The notes under the pieces: generated by a model
What the model saw: only the letters and a program-made list of their open reading frames with translations
What the model was told of the DNA's origin: nothing
Database searches by the model: none
Made by a program: the position numbers and the translations under genes
Source of the DNA: Barthelona sp. PCE
Taxonomy: Eukaryota
NCBI GenBank assembly: GCA_040285745.1
Contig: JAUFOR010000008.1
Location: forward strand, 1,922,001-1,986,000
Reading direction: 5' to 3'
DNA length: 64,000 nucleotides
Shown here: positions 31,165-42,021 of the stretch, piece after piece
How positions within the stretch are numbered: position 1 is the first letter of the stretch
Layout: each line of letters opens with the position of its first letter

Positions 31165-32670
31165 ATGAACCCCTTTCTTGACATGATTTATAAAAGACCA
31201 ACCATAGACCCCTATACATACAGCGATTTATCCCTTAATGTTAAACTCGCCATATGTTACGAAATGGTTCCTTTCAATGGAGAGGTGCTCACACTTCCGA
31301 ACGTATCGGACGCCACGCCCATCCGTACAGAGGGTCTAAGTTTGTCTTTACGCTCACCCAGAATTAAACTTCAGGATTTACATAGGAGTGTGATGAACAA
31401 ATGTTACAACATTCAAAAGAGGCGTAGTATTCCATGCTGTCTTTATCTTCGTTCCACCATGCTTCCACAGTTCCATCTTGCATGTGATTTTGGTGACGGC
31501 ATAGAGATGCTCACACCAATCGAGGATGAGCATGATTATCGCTTGTTTTTAGCGGAATCCTTCCAAAAGTTCTTTGAAGAGAGCGGGACAGTTCTTCCAA
31601 ACCCCCTCACATTATATGGTCAAGTTTACTTTGTGCCGGCATATTGTCAGACACAGGAACACAAAGATATCGTCATCCAGTCGTTGAAGTATACCAATGA
31701 CCTTATACAGCAGAACTATCAGAACTATGTGCAGAATATTTCGATTGATCCGAAAATTGAAGTTCTCAGTTACCCTGATCCGCCTGGTGTTGAATTGCCT
31801 GTCCCGTTGAACATAGATGATATCTGCGAAGAGTATCATAGACCAAAGGAGGAGGAGGATAAGCGAATCCCAACACCGGTTAGCGGCACAGCACCGAGCA
31901 ATGTACCAGTCCCAATTACACCAAGAAGTCACACACCGTTAGCCGTTGGGTACCCACAAAACACAGTGAAAGCAGGTGGGTTGATGCCTCCTCTGCATGA
32001 TACACCAATTCCAGTCTTTAAGCTTAGTGAAACTCCTACCATAGCGAATGCTATTCTGAGCAAGAAAAGGAAAGCCCCAGGCAGCATTATGAGGGAAGCA
32101 CAGACGCCACCAATTATAACAGCGCGTAGAAGCCCACCGCTGAAAGTGCAGAAGACGAGTACGCCAACGCTTGATATACTAGACACTCCAAAGGTACGTG
32201 TCAAGCAAGAGTCTATGTTGGACAGGTGCAGAAAGATTGTTAAGTTTGTAACAGGCTTTAATAAGTTAGCTCGTGAGGTTGAAGACAATGTTATTATTCC
32301 TACGGTACCTTCTTTTCCGGTTTCTATCCATTCAGTACCAGTTCCTGCAATCTCTTCACTCCCTGTTAACGATTTTGTAGTTCCTATGCGAATGCCAGCT
32401 GCAAAATCGAAAGAGCCGGCCGGTTTCAGTAAGGACTATACAGTTCATGTTCCAATCTTATCTCCTGCACTCACACAACACAGGGTACAGGACAACGCTC
32501 ATTATGATGAGAGCCACCTTTCTTCGTTCTTGCAAGACGAGCTTCGAATGGATGGATTGATTGACCCTATAGCAGTTTCTTCACCAGCTTTAGGGGTTAT
32601 GATGCGTGATGCAAACATCGTGAGTCCACCACCTACACACACACCGTCTATTACACCTCCACCTTATTAA
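31165..32670 (+). CDS. Uncharacterised protein with a globular N-terminus and Pro-rich tail ending in PPPY
   Basis: 501-aa ORF with many TP/SP sites and a KKRK basic cluster. Confidence 0.8.
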   Translation: MNPFLDMIYKRPTIDPYTYSDLSLNVKLAICYEMVPFNGEVLTLPNVSDATPIRTEGLSLSLRSPRIKLQDLHRSVMNKCYNIQKRRSIPCCLYLRSTMLPQFHLACDFGDGIEMLTPIEDEHDYRLFLAESFQKFFEESGTVLPNPLTLYGQVYFVPAYCQTQEHKDIVIQSLKYTNDLIQQNYQNYVQNISIDPKIEVLSYPDPPGVELPVPLNIDDICEEYHRPKEEEDKRIPTPVSGTAPSNVPVPITPRSHTPLAVGYPQNTVKAGGLMPPLHDTPIPVFKLSETPTIANAILSKKRKAPGSIMREAQTPPIITARRSPPLKVQKTSTPTLDILDTPKVRVKQESMLDRCRKIVKFVTGFNKLAREVEDNVIIPTVPSFPVSIHSVPVPAISSLPVNDFVVPMRMPAAKSKEPAGFSKDYTVHVPILSPALTQHRVQDNAHYDESHLSSFLQDELRMDGLIDPIAVSSPALGVMMRDANIVSPPPTHTPSITPPPY

Positions 32671-32955
32671 TGAGAAGATTTTATGTTTTATATTTTCTTA
32701 GTAAATGTAGTTCTCTTGTTTGTACAATGAATAATCATTATGTGTCAGGGATAAGCTATTGTTGAAGCTTTAAAGGCTGTATTATGGAAAAATATTTGCC
32801 TGATGAAAGTTTTAATTGATTACTTTTTATGTTTGATGTAATTTAGTCCAATAAACTGTTTACTTTTTTGTTAAAACACAGCATTACCGCTTGAAAATCG
32901 ATGAACTGCATGACCTTATGCATACCACATTTTCCACCTTTTCATATTACGAGCG

Positions 32956-34042
32956 ATGCACTTAAACCTTGACTCATTGATTGAAAGGCTGATATCTGTG
33001 CGCAATCGAAGCAATCGTCAATCAATCGTTCCTATTTCAGAAAGTGAGATTCTTTCGCTGATCAAGAAGGCTACAGAAGTCCTCAAAGAGCAGCCAGTAT
33101 GCCTTGAACTAAGACCACCGTTGAAAATATGCGGTATGAAGATATTCTATATGTTCAAAGTTTTATATAGAGTTTTCATGTATAGTAACAACATGGAAGT
33201 GTATAAATCAGGATATATAGCACATGCAACAAGGACACTAACCTTTAGGTGATATTCACGGACAGTTTTTAGATTTATTGCGCCTGTTTCAACATGGCGG
33301 TTTCCCTCCAGATGCCAATTATCTTTTCTTGGGCGATTACGTCGATAGGGGACCTCAAAGTGTAGAAACACTTTGCCTGCTACTTGCTTACAAAGTTTTA
33401 TATAAGTCAAACTTCTTTTTGTTGCGCGGAAATCATGAATCACGCTCTATCAGCAGAGTTTATGGGTTTTATGATGAATTAAAGAGACGTTTCGTAAATG
33501 GACACAAGCTTTGGGAAGAATTTTGCTCATTATTTGAATGGTTACCTATTTCAGCAATTGTGGCTGATCGTATTCTCTGCATTCACGGTGGTATTTCACC
33601 TCATCTGCACACTCTTGATGACTTACGTGCTATAAGGAGACCTACTGAACTTCCCGAAGAAGGACTCCTTTGTGATTTGCTTTGGAGTGATCCAGACAGC
33701 ATAGTTTCGGGCTATGGACCAAACGATAGAGGTGTGTCTGTAACATTTAGTGAGGATGAAGTTAAGAAGTTGCTGAAGAATAATGATCTTGATCTCCTTG
33801 TTAGAGCACATCAAGTTGTTGATAATGGATTTGAGTTTTTCGCTGATAGATCATTAGTAACAGTATTTTCAGCTCCTAATTATTGTGGTGAACATAATAA
33901 TTTTGGTGCTTTATTATCTTGTGATGAATTATTAACCATTTCGTTCCAAGTGTTACGTCCAAGGACAAGAAAGAACACAGCCACATATTATACAGGTAAT
34001 AGACCAGCCACACCTCCTAGAAATTCAAAAGGACTGCGATAA
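32956..34042 (+). CDS. PP1: Ser/Thr protein phosphatase PP1 catalytic subunit, two exons (32956-33133 + 33249-34042; 323 aa)
   Basis: Splicing restores KICG/DIHGQ. Also GDYVDRG, LRGNHE, DLLWSDP, RAHQVV and FSAPNYCGE. Confidence 0.96.
33134..33248 (+). other. Spliceosomal GT-AG intron, 115 nt, phase 1
   Basis: Begins GTATGA and ends ACTAACCTTTAG. Removing it joins two PP1 ORFs in frame at the invariant GDIHG motif. Confidence 0.95.
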
Positions 34043-34178
34043 AGCAAAAAAGTAAAATTAGATAATATTTGGAATATTTTGTTGCTTTCTTATGGATCTT
34101 TATGCTTCTTTTACCTTTCTAGTCATATAGAAAGAACTTTTTACTTGTTTTCCCGTTTCCCACTATTTTCAGTTTTAT

Positions 34179-36521
34179 ATGACTCTATATCCATCTTTCA
34201 GACTCAATCTTGATTCCAAGATCCCTGCAGAACTAGTGGTTCTTGGTAGGTTCACAGGCGACGCGGATAATCAGAATATCGCGTTTGGAACTGTAACGGG
34301 CAAAGTATTTATTTTCAATCCTCAGGGTAGCGTCGGCGAATCCACGGACAGCGAACCGCAGAAACAGTGTTTGAACATAAATAGAGAAATAATTTTTCTC
34401 GACAAATGCGCTTCTGAGGACCATACTCGTGACTATCTCGTTATCGGAACAACCACCACGATTCGTATATATGATGCATATGATAATCGTGACATATGTT
34501 ATATCGATGTTGAAGATGGTGTTCGTAGTTTCACCGTTGCTTCTTTAATAGATGATTCTCCTGAGATCAAGCACCTTATCGTGGGTACAACAGGATCTGT
34601 CTATATCTATGATTTTGAAGGAAATGAGATTGGGTGGATCGTTGTTGGCGTTCCTGTATCTTATGTTGGTGTCACTGGTGGTTTTGATACTGTTCCAGTT
34701 TTGGATATCCGCGCAAACCTGAGCAGCGAGAGTCTCACAAGTTCAAAACACGGTCAGCTACTGGTAGCTTCCGAAGACAAAACATTTGTTGTATATAAGG
34801 CTACATATGAGGATGAAAACTTTACCTTTAAGGTTGAACACCGCATGACGCTTCAATCACATGTCATTGATTGTCAACCAATATACGGTACAGATCATCT
34901 CTTGGTGGGGTTGAACAACAATACTGTTCAACTAGTAACGTTTTCGGGTGAGGCTGTATGGGTACGTCGTAGTCTCAGTGGGATACGTCGCGTCCTCGTA
35001 ACTGACATAATGGGCGAACAGTACCTGATGGCTGTTATTCGAGTTACCGGTGATATCGAACTTGTTTACCCTAAAGATGGAGAGGTGCTCTTAACAATAG
35101 AGACAGGTGCGATTTCAGGCGCAATGAACGCCCAATTTAATGGCAAGAATGCGCTTGTTGTTGTGCAGAATTCTGGAACCCTAATGGGCTATTATTCAAA
35201 TGAGCAAAATCTTGAACTACTATCTCCAGATATCGTTGTGTACTTTGACAGCTCATCGCTGGGTGAGACACGCCGCATTGCTGCCAATATTGCCCAGGTG
35301 GCTGATCTGGAGCAGACTAGAAATGATCTCGAGGCACGTCTGCGAACACTCGAAAATAATATCCGCGTCGCAAAAGTCGAACGTGGTCTGGACGTTCCAA
35401 TTGATACAGTTATTACGCTCGATGTGATATTTAATGATGAAACGAACGAGCTTGGGATTGAAATCATTTGTAATTATGAGCATGTCTCGATCAGTGATGT
35501 TGTGATTTTTTCGAAGAAGTTGTTCCCCAACATGTCACATTTGGTAACATTCCAAGAGAAGAAGAATATAGTCTTTGTCCCGATTAAAAAGGTGCCCGCT
35601 GAGAGGATTGCACTATCCCTTGACGTATACCTACAGGGTTCCTCAAGTCCAGATGCTTGTCGTGTTTTACGTACAGCAACTGAACTGTCAGAGCTGTCAT
35701 TCCTACGACCAATCTCTATCACCAGCAGTTCACGTAAATCTGAGAGTTTTATGTCCTTTTCTGTATCTGAACGGTTCACACGTATTGTCGTGCAGATTAG
35801 GGAGTTTTTCTGTGTGCAGAATCTCCCCTTCACCAGCAATATATCGAGTGAGGCAAAGAACTTTATGCAATTGAGTGCAGCAGGTAATGCACTACACAAA
35901 TCTGGAATCAGTTCTGTTGAAATGGCATTTTTGAACATGAATGAAGATATGGAGATTATATACTTGCAAATCATTGATTTAGAACGAGAACCAAACAGTG
36001 TAGCATCATCTGGTACTCAGATCATAATCCACACTGAATCTATGTCATTTGCCTTTGATTTTGTTCAGCTTATCCGTGAGTTTTGTCCTATTATTGAGAA
36101 TACTTTGCTGAATTTCCCTCTTCGGGTTGAAAAGTCGAGCGAGTTGGCTTATGAGATTGCTAGGCTCAATCAATCAAAGATTGCACACAGCGCAGAGATA
36201 CAAGATAAGTTGGCAGAAGTTAAAATGGCGTTTTTGGGAATGGAAAATTCAAAAATTATTAGCAGCTACTCAAAAATGTCTGAGCAGGTAACACTCTTGA
36301 AGGGTTCATCTGAAGCATTGTTCCACGATCACAATCATAGATTGAAACAACACGAACAGTTAGTTTCGACGTTAAGGGAATTGAACGGCATAATTTTTGA
36401 ATTTGCTAACTTGTTGCCTGAAGACGAAAAGCAACAGTTTGTACGATTATCACACAAGTTGTTCGCCAGCAACAAGGTGCTTAAGATTCCAAAGTTATTA
36501 GGAAGTCTTTGTGAAGAGTAA
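34179..36521 (+). CDS. BBS2: Bardet-Biedl syndrome 2 (BBSome subunit) homolog
   Basis: N-terminus FRLNLDSKI...LGRFTG...TGKVFIFNP, CLNINREI and IYDAYDNRDICYIDVEDGV match the BBS2 beta-propeller, followed by coiled coil and C-terminal helical regions. Confidence 0.85.
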   Translation: MTLYPSFRLNLDSKIPAELVVLGRFTGDADNQNIAFGTVTGKVFIFNPQGSVGESTDSEPQKQCLNINREIIFLDKCASEDHTRDYLVIGTTTTIRIYDAYDNRDICYIDVEDGVRSFTVASLIDDSPEIKHLIVGTTGSVYIYDFEGNEIGWIVVGVPVSYVGVTGGFDTVPVLDIRANLSSESLTSSKHGQLLVASEDKTFVVYKATYEDENFTFKVEHRMTLQSHVIDCQPIYGTDHLLVGLNNNTVQLVTFSGEAVWVRRSLSGIRRVLVTDIMGEQYLMAVIRVTGDIELVYPKDGEVLLTIETGAISGAMNAQFNGKNALVVVQNSGTLMGYYSNEQNLELLSPDIVVYFDSSSLGETRRIAANIAQVADLEQTRNDLEARLRTLENNIRVAKVERGLDVPIDTVITLDVIFNDETNELGIEIICNYEHVSISDVVIFSKKLFPNMSHLVTFQEKKNIVFVPIKKVPAERIALSLDVYLQGSSSPDACRVLRTATELSELSFLRPISITSSSRKSESFMSFSVSERFTRIVVQIREFFCVQNLPFTSNISSEAKNFMQLSAAGNALHKSGISSVEMAFLNMNEDMEIIYLQIIDLEREPNSVASSGTQIIIHTESMSFAFDFVQLIREFCPIIENTLLNFPLRVEKSSELAYEIARLNQSKIAHSAEIQDKLAEVKMAFLGMENSKIISSYSKMSEQVTLLKGSSEALFHDHNHRLKQHEQLVSTLRELNGIIFEFANLLPEDEKQQFVRLSHKLFASNKVLKIPKLLGSLCEE

Positions 36522-36522
36522 A
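36517..36522 (+). promoter_or_regulatory. Putative polyadenylation signal AGTAAA overlapping the BBS2 stop (example of a recurrent WGTRAA motif)
   Basis: The same hexamer class occurs at about 16 gene ends in the window (see findings). Confidence 0.55.
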
Positions 36523-36541
36523 GAAAGAAAAAAATAGAAAT

Positions 36542-39500
36542 TTATTGCAGTAAATTTAAAGAAATTTCATCTGTCTTATGTTTTGAATCCCTACGTGAGC
36601 CAACTGTACCATAAACAAGGAGTATTATTGTTATTAAAGGAATAAGTGCAACATAATAAAAATGAATAGCCGTTTTTAACAGAGATAAAAGATATACACA
36701 TACACATAATAGAAGCATTGAAGCAATATATTTCATTGAGATACGGTTCAAAAAATGTTGTGCAAAAGGATCAAAGAATGTGAGGAAAATAAAAATCATA
36801 ATAAGAAAAACAATGCTAGTTAATAAACTCAAACCAAGAGCAGATGAACAAAATGAAGTGACACCACGTAAGAGACATAACCATAATAATGTCAGTGAAT
36901 AATGATTTTTGAACCCAATTCTACATTTTGCACTTTTTGTAGTAAATATAATCACTACAATAATGCAAATAACCTGAACAAGAACCAAAAAAAAATGTGC
37001 AATCATTGAAATTGGGTTTTGGAGATCGATAATGGTGTAATACTGACCGTTTTCATACATATCAAAAATCCAGAAAGACTCCAAAATGTCTTGCACACAA
37101 TAAGGCAAAAAAAGATATGATAATGATGAACAATTCACATAAGACCGTTCTTTAGCACCTACGCCTCTTATAATACCTATCTTATACAAAACAATGGGAA
37201 AAATGCAGATAAAACAAACTGTTACACACTTGTAGAACATTACATAGTTCATAGCAGCAGAAGGATTAATATTCAAGAGATGTGCTGTTGTCATGAACGG
37301 GTTAAAGGCTAAAACAAGCACTATAGACAATGGTGAATTCCCTTCTGTGTCGAAATCAGAAGCAAATGTGAATATCGTCGGGATTGTAAGCAACACCAAA
37401 TCTTTAAACACACGAATGTAATCCCACACATCATAGTCCAGTAGAGCTTCATCTTTGACACGAAATATAGCCGTCCAACGCACTTTATGCCCGTTTTCAT
37501 ACAGCTTCATCATAATGTAGTAGATTGAAAGTTGAAGGAAAATTGCAATGATGAGTAAATTCATCGGACAACGTACCATGCAAGAATCGCTAAATATCTC
37601 AACAATGACGGGTTTTCCATTCATATCATGAACACAGCGAGAGCAAGCCAAACCAGTGTGCATCTTAACACAGCCACTAAATACTTCGACGTCCAGTTCA
37701 ATATTGTTGTAATCGTAGAACCACAACTCTTCTTCACTAATATCAGACATTGAGCGACCTGTCATTCCGACCCATGATGAAGTCTTACAAAACGGCTTGC
37801 TGCATAGGAACTGTATTACACTGGTAGAATTCTCCTCCCCATGCTGAAATTCTACAACAAAATATTGCTGTTGCACGATGTACACATGCTCAGCCTGAGT
37901 GATTTCCTTTGAGATCGAGGCGAGTGGTTCGCAGGATGTTCTATTGTCAAAGGGAGAGAAAGTAGAGCTCTTCCGGCGACAGTTCACACACCTCTCCTCA
38001 GCAACACTGTAGAATAATCCTGGTCGACAATATGGCTCAATCATGTTCCCACTCTTTGCAATGTACATGTCAGCAGTGATCAACACGAACCTGTATTCAG
38101 ACCCAGGTGTCAATCTGGAAAAAATAAAGGTGTTCTCGGACAAGATTGTTCCGTTATACACATTAGAATTGACAAGGGCAACAAAACGGATACTTTTAGC
38201 AATTGTACTGTCTGAAACAATGATTTTAACTCTTGATTCTTCTCCTTTTTCTCCAACAACTTGGAAATGCGGCTCACTGATGGAAAGACTGCTTTCTTGT
38301 TGTTTTGTTGAGACCACAATGCCGTCACAATCACTTTGTGTGATAGTTGCAGTCCTTGTAACAGCGAAAAAAGATTTGTTAGAAAATCCATTGACTTGTG
38401 TTCTTGAGCAAGAGATGTTTCCGTTATACAATATGTTCAACCCCAGAAGGTATTCATTAGATGTTATATTGGAATCCTGCATGTGCAAATATACCGTAGA
38501 ATAAGGAGCAATGATAAAGAAAGAAGAATGAAAGTGCAAATTTGAGAATGTAACATTAATCCGAATATTTTGGTCGTCAACTATATCTGAGCAACTAAAA
38601 AAACTCTGTACGCCACTTATTGTTAAGTCTGTGTTTATGACTTCAATCAAGAACTGATCAGCTAACATGAATAATGCTGATATTTTCACATCAACAATGG
38701 AAATATTTGATATTGACACTGGTAAGTATGCAAATTCAGTAATTTTACCCTGGAATAATATGGGTATTACAATGTTAGAAAAAGTGGAATCAATTATAGT
38801 AGTACTCAAAAAGTAGTTAAACAAAATATTAGCATCATTTGAACTGACGGATTTAAATACACTATTCTCTATTATTATTATATTTAGCTGATCATAAAAG
38901 ACTACATTCTCAAACTTACTGTTAATAAATGACATGTAATTTGAGTTGCTAAAAGGGAAAACTGTGTTGAGAAATTCTGAGTTGTGCACAATAAATAAAT
39001 CTGCTCCCAGTATATTAGAGAGAAACCTTGGATCTGAGACACCAATGTTTATGAATGTAGATGACGTAATATTAAGTGTATTCATTATTGGTAGCAAAAT
39101 TCCACCAACTATAGTAGCCCCATCATATGTCATGTTATGAAAAAACATACAGTCGACTGTCGAGTATACACCTCCGGCGGCAAAATCAAAATAAGCATCA
39201 TATAGTGTTGAGTCTCTGATCGTTAACTGCAAAACGCTAGCTATTTTGACTGGAATTCTTGTTGTGTCCCTTGGTGTTCTAAAATTCTCAATTGTAAACC
39301 TAGATGCAGCGATTAAAATGAATTCAATTTTCGAAAAGCTGCAATTCGAGAATGTTAAAATTCCAATATTTGCATGCAGACCCGACACAAAAGATATATT
39401 TGGCAAATCTGAATTAACAAAGTATATTTTCAGTGCTTCTGCATGTGGCGATACCTGTAATATAACACTAGATTGTGTATATATGCAATTAATTACCTGA

Positions 39501-40300
39501 TTTCTTTCTGCTCCAAAAAACATATAACCTTTTTTAAAAGTTGTATTCATATCACTATATAGAACGTTTTTGATTCTAGCAAGACTTGCCACATCATTGT
39601 TGTAATCTGAGTTGATTATTTTGGTTGAAAAAAATTCCATATGATTGACATCCAACACTGATGAAAAATGTACTGAATTTTGAATACATCTATTGAAACG
39701 TATCGTATCAATATCTATAAAGTTTAAATTGACATTGATCAGTTCGCAATTATCAAATAATAAGGTATTTGATCCTGTTGCAGAAAAACGCACAGTGAAA
39801 GAATCAAAGTGAATTTTGGTGAACGTTGTATTACCCAATACTCTCACGTTATAGACTGTGATAGTAGAGAACCCTATTGATGAGTTTGAAATGTGTAAAT
39901 GACTGATAGTAACTCTTGTTCTGTCCATTGAATTAAGTTCTGAGTCTATGAGCGTAATATTATTTAATTCATTACTTAAGGTGGCAAGCTGGCTGTTCTT
40001 TAAGATTAAAACATGTTCCACAGGATCTAATTGTGGGTTCTCAAGTGTACAGTTGGAAAAATTCAATAATACCTGTGAAGCGTCGCCTATAATTGAATAG
40101 GTCGAATCAGTGACATTATTCATGTATATCGTGGAGCGTGGCCCATTTGATTTCACTTCAAAAAGAAAAGTGCATTCAGAAAGGTCTGAAAAAGTTGTTG
40201 AAAAGCCATCGAAAACATTAATCGTTTCACTTGGGCATTCGTTTGCCTCTAAAAACCCAGTGAAACTCAATAAAAGTAAAACCCAAACAGAGAAATGCAT
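36542..40300 (-). CDS. Large receptor-like membrane protein (signal peptide, beta-helix-like ectodomain, FN3-like and Cys-rich segments, multi-TM C-terminus)
   Basis: 1252 aa. Signal peptide MHFSVWVLLLLSFTG; repeated I-x-N-S-x-F-x-N pattern; FSRLTPGSEYRF; CRPGLFYS...CVNC; GCVKMHTGLACSRC; 7 or more hydrophobic helices at the C-terminus. Confidence 0.82.
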   Translation of the reverse strand: MHFSVWVLLLLSFTGFLEANECPSETINVFDGFSTTFSDLSECTFLFEVKSNGPRSTIYMNNVTDSTYSIIGDASQVLLNFSNCTLENPQLDPVEHVLILKNSQLATLSNELNNITLIDSELNSMDRTRVTISHLHISNSSIGFSTITVYNVRVLGNTTFTKIHFDSFTVRFSATGSNTLLFDNCELINVNLNFIDIDTIRFNRCIQNSVHFSSVLDVNHMEFFSTKIINSDYNNDVASLARIKNVLYSDMNTTFKKGYMFFGAERNQVINCIYTQSSVILQVSPHAEALKIYFVNSDLPNISFVSGLHANIGILTFSNCSFSKIEFILIAASRFTIENFRTPRDTTRIPVKIASVLQLTIRDSTLYDAYFDFAAGGVYSTVDCMFFHNMTYDGATIVGGILLPIMNTLNITSSTFINIGVSDPRFLSNILGADLFIVHNSEFLNTVFPFSNSNYMSFINSKFENVVFYDQLNIIIIENSVFKSVSSNDANILFNYFLSTTIIDSTFSNIVIPILFQGKITEFAYLPVSISNISIVDVKISALFMLADQFLIEVINTDLTISGVQSFFSCSDIVDDQNIRINVTFSNLHFHSSFFIIAPYSTVYLHMQDSNITSNEYLLGLNILYNGNISCSRTQVNGFSNKSFFAVTRTATITQSDCDGIVVSTKQQESSLSISEPHFQVVGEKGEESRVKIIVSDSTIAKSIRFVALVNSNVYNGTILSENTFIFSRLTPGSEYRFVLITADMYIAKSGNMIEPYCRPGLFYSVAEERCVNCRRKSSTFSPFDNRTSCEPLASISKEITQAEHVYIVQQQYFVVEFQHGEENSTSVIQFLCSKPFCKTSSWVGMTGRSMSDISEEELWFYDYNNIELDVEVFSGCVKMHTGLACSRCVHDMNGKPVIVEIFSDSCMVRCPMNLLIIAIFLQLSIYYIMMKLYENGHKVRWTAIFRVKDEALLDYDVWDYIRVFKDLVLLTIPTIFTFASDFDTEGNSPLSIVLVLAFNPFMTTAHLLNINPSAAMNYVMFYKCVTVCFICIFPIVLYKIGIIRGVGAKERSYVNCSSLSYLFLPYCVQDILESFWIFDMYENGQYYTIIDLQNPISMIAHFFLVLVQVICIIVVIIFTTKSAKCRIGFKNHYSLTLLWLCLLRGVTSFCSSALGLSLLTSIVFLIMIFIFLTFFDPFAQHFLNRISMKYIASMLLLCVCVYLLSLLKTAIHFYYVALIPLITIILLVYGTVGSRRDSKHKTDEISLNLLQ

Positions 40301-40774
40301 TAAAAAGAGAAAACAGCCGTTTTATGAATTTCCAAAAAGTCAGTCTTAATCTCAAAATGTACAGTCATAAAATCAAAGATTGAAGAGGCGAAGTACATTT
40401 TCAGTGATGCATCATTTTTTCTTTTATTGTGGGTGTATTACAAATTATTATCTTTTTTTATACGCAATTGTGGTCAAACGCTATCAAACACGTTTAGCTC
40501 CGGATGAAAATCATGTACTTCAGTGTTTGGCCAAAAACGAAACGATTTCTTCATAACATATTTTAACTATTTTAATAGCCAAAAGGAGATTATTAATGAT
40601 ATATATTATCACTAAAACACAAAAATCTTAGTAACCAGTAAATATACTTGTTTTCGTTTTATATCCTTTTCAAACTCTGTTATTTGGGTTTTATTTCATT
40701 AAGAGGGTTAGATATTTTTCATTTATTATCGGTAATGACAGTTAATTTTAATATATCATAAATAGAAGCAAGAA

Positions 40775-42013
40775 ATGTCAGATGGTGAGATTGAGGTTGT
40801 CAAGATGATATCAAAACGCAACATTTCAACCAACAGGACGTTGAAATTGAAGTCATTTGCAACAGTAGAAGCACGACATCGAGTTCCTGGCACAACATTC
40901 ATAGTTGATGGTTTTCGATACAAAAATGCTGTTACTAACCACTATTTTCTCACACATTATCACTCAGATCACTTCTGTGGTGTAACAAAGTGTTTCAATT
41001 TGGGTAAGATTGTTTGTTCACCATTAACTGCGTCCCTTCTTCAAAAAGATTTTCGAGTCACAGACCAGAATCTTGTCATCGTGCTTCCAGGATCATCCAT
41101 CACACTGGAGGGCGTGTTGATTCACGTATTTGATGCAAACCACTGTCCTGGATCATTGATGTTTGTGTTTCATGTTAAAAAACAAACATATGTGCACACT
41201 GGAGATTTTCGATTTGAGAAGAGAAAAATGCAACAATTCTTAGACTACATAAACAACTACAGAGTAAGAACAGTGTTTCTGGATTGCACTTACTTATTGA
41301 ACAGAGTGGCTCACCCACCTCAGAATCCAGTATGCAATTTTTTATTAAACAGTGTTCGCTTCCACCGCATGCGTACTGTGATTCACAAGGACACAGAGGT
41401 GCCTGCGCGTCCTCTGTTTGTGATTGGAGCGTACACAATTGGTAAGGAGCGGCTGGTTGAATATCTTATCAAACATGAGGCTATTAAAGAAGTCTTTTTG
41501 ACAGGAGAGCATCGACGTATTGTGTTCACAGATCTTGGCATATCACATATCTATATTGAACTTGATATATCACACAATGGAAGAGGTGTCACTTATCAAG
41601 GAGAATATAGAAGTGATGTGCTATTTACAAATCTAAAGGATACTAGCTATGTTCACGCCCAAAGGTTGCTTGAGTTTTTTCCTCAGTTCAACCAGGTTAT
41701 CAGCTACCAGCCATCAGGTTGGTCTTATGTGATACCAAAGCGTTTGAATCAGACAAAGGAGCGATATATCTTTTATAAGTTACCATACTCGGAACACTGT
41801 GCATCAAATGAGCTGACAGCGTTTGTTAACGCAGTTAATCCAAAATACATTGTTCCAATAACCGAGTGCGATCCGGTACTACTTGCTCAATTGAAGGATA
41901 CAAAGAAACGTCAGAATAATTGTAAGACTCTTCATCATTTCTTCTCAAACGATAAAAAAAAGCGAAGAAAAAGTGAAGTTGGTGAAAAGAAACAAAAAAT
42001 TATTGTGCTTTAA
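40775..42013 (+). CDS. SNM1: DNA cross-link repair nuclease, SNM1/PSO2 family (MBL/beta-CASP)
   Basis: FIVDGF, FLTHYHSDHF, DANHCPGS, HTGDFR, FLDCTY, YTIGKE and LPYSEH. Confidence 0.93.
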   Translation: MSDGEIEVVKMISKRNISTNRTLKLKSFATVEARHRVPGTTFIVDGFRYKNAVTNHYFLTHYHSDHFCGVTKCFNLGKIVCSPLTASLLQKDFRVTDQNLVIVLPGSSITLEGVLIHVFDANHCPGSLMFVFHVKKQTYVHTGDFRFEKRKMQQFLDYINNYRVRTVFLDCTYLLNRVAHPPQNPVCNFLLNSVRFHRMRTVIHKDTEVPARPLFVIGAYTIGKERLVEYLIKHEAIKEVFLTGEHRRIVFTDLGISHIYIELDISHNGRGVTYQGEYRSDVLFTNLKDTSYVHAQRLLEFFPQFNQVISYQPSGWSYVIPKRLNQTKERYIFYKLPYSEHCASNELTAFVNAVNPKYIVPITECDPVLLAQLKDTKKRQNNCKTLHHFFSNDKKKRRKSEVGEKKQKIIVL

Positions 42014-42021
42014 ATTAAAAA

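Noticed and set aside
33121..33290. PP1 as a frameshifted pseudogene or programmed frameshift
   Set aside because: Fully explained by a GT-AG intron with a branch point.
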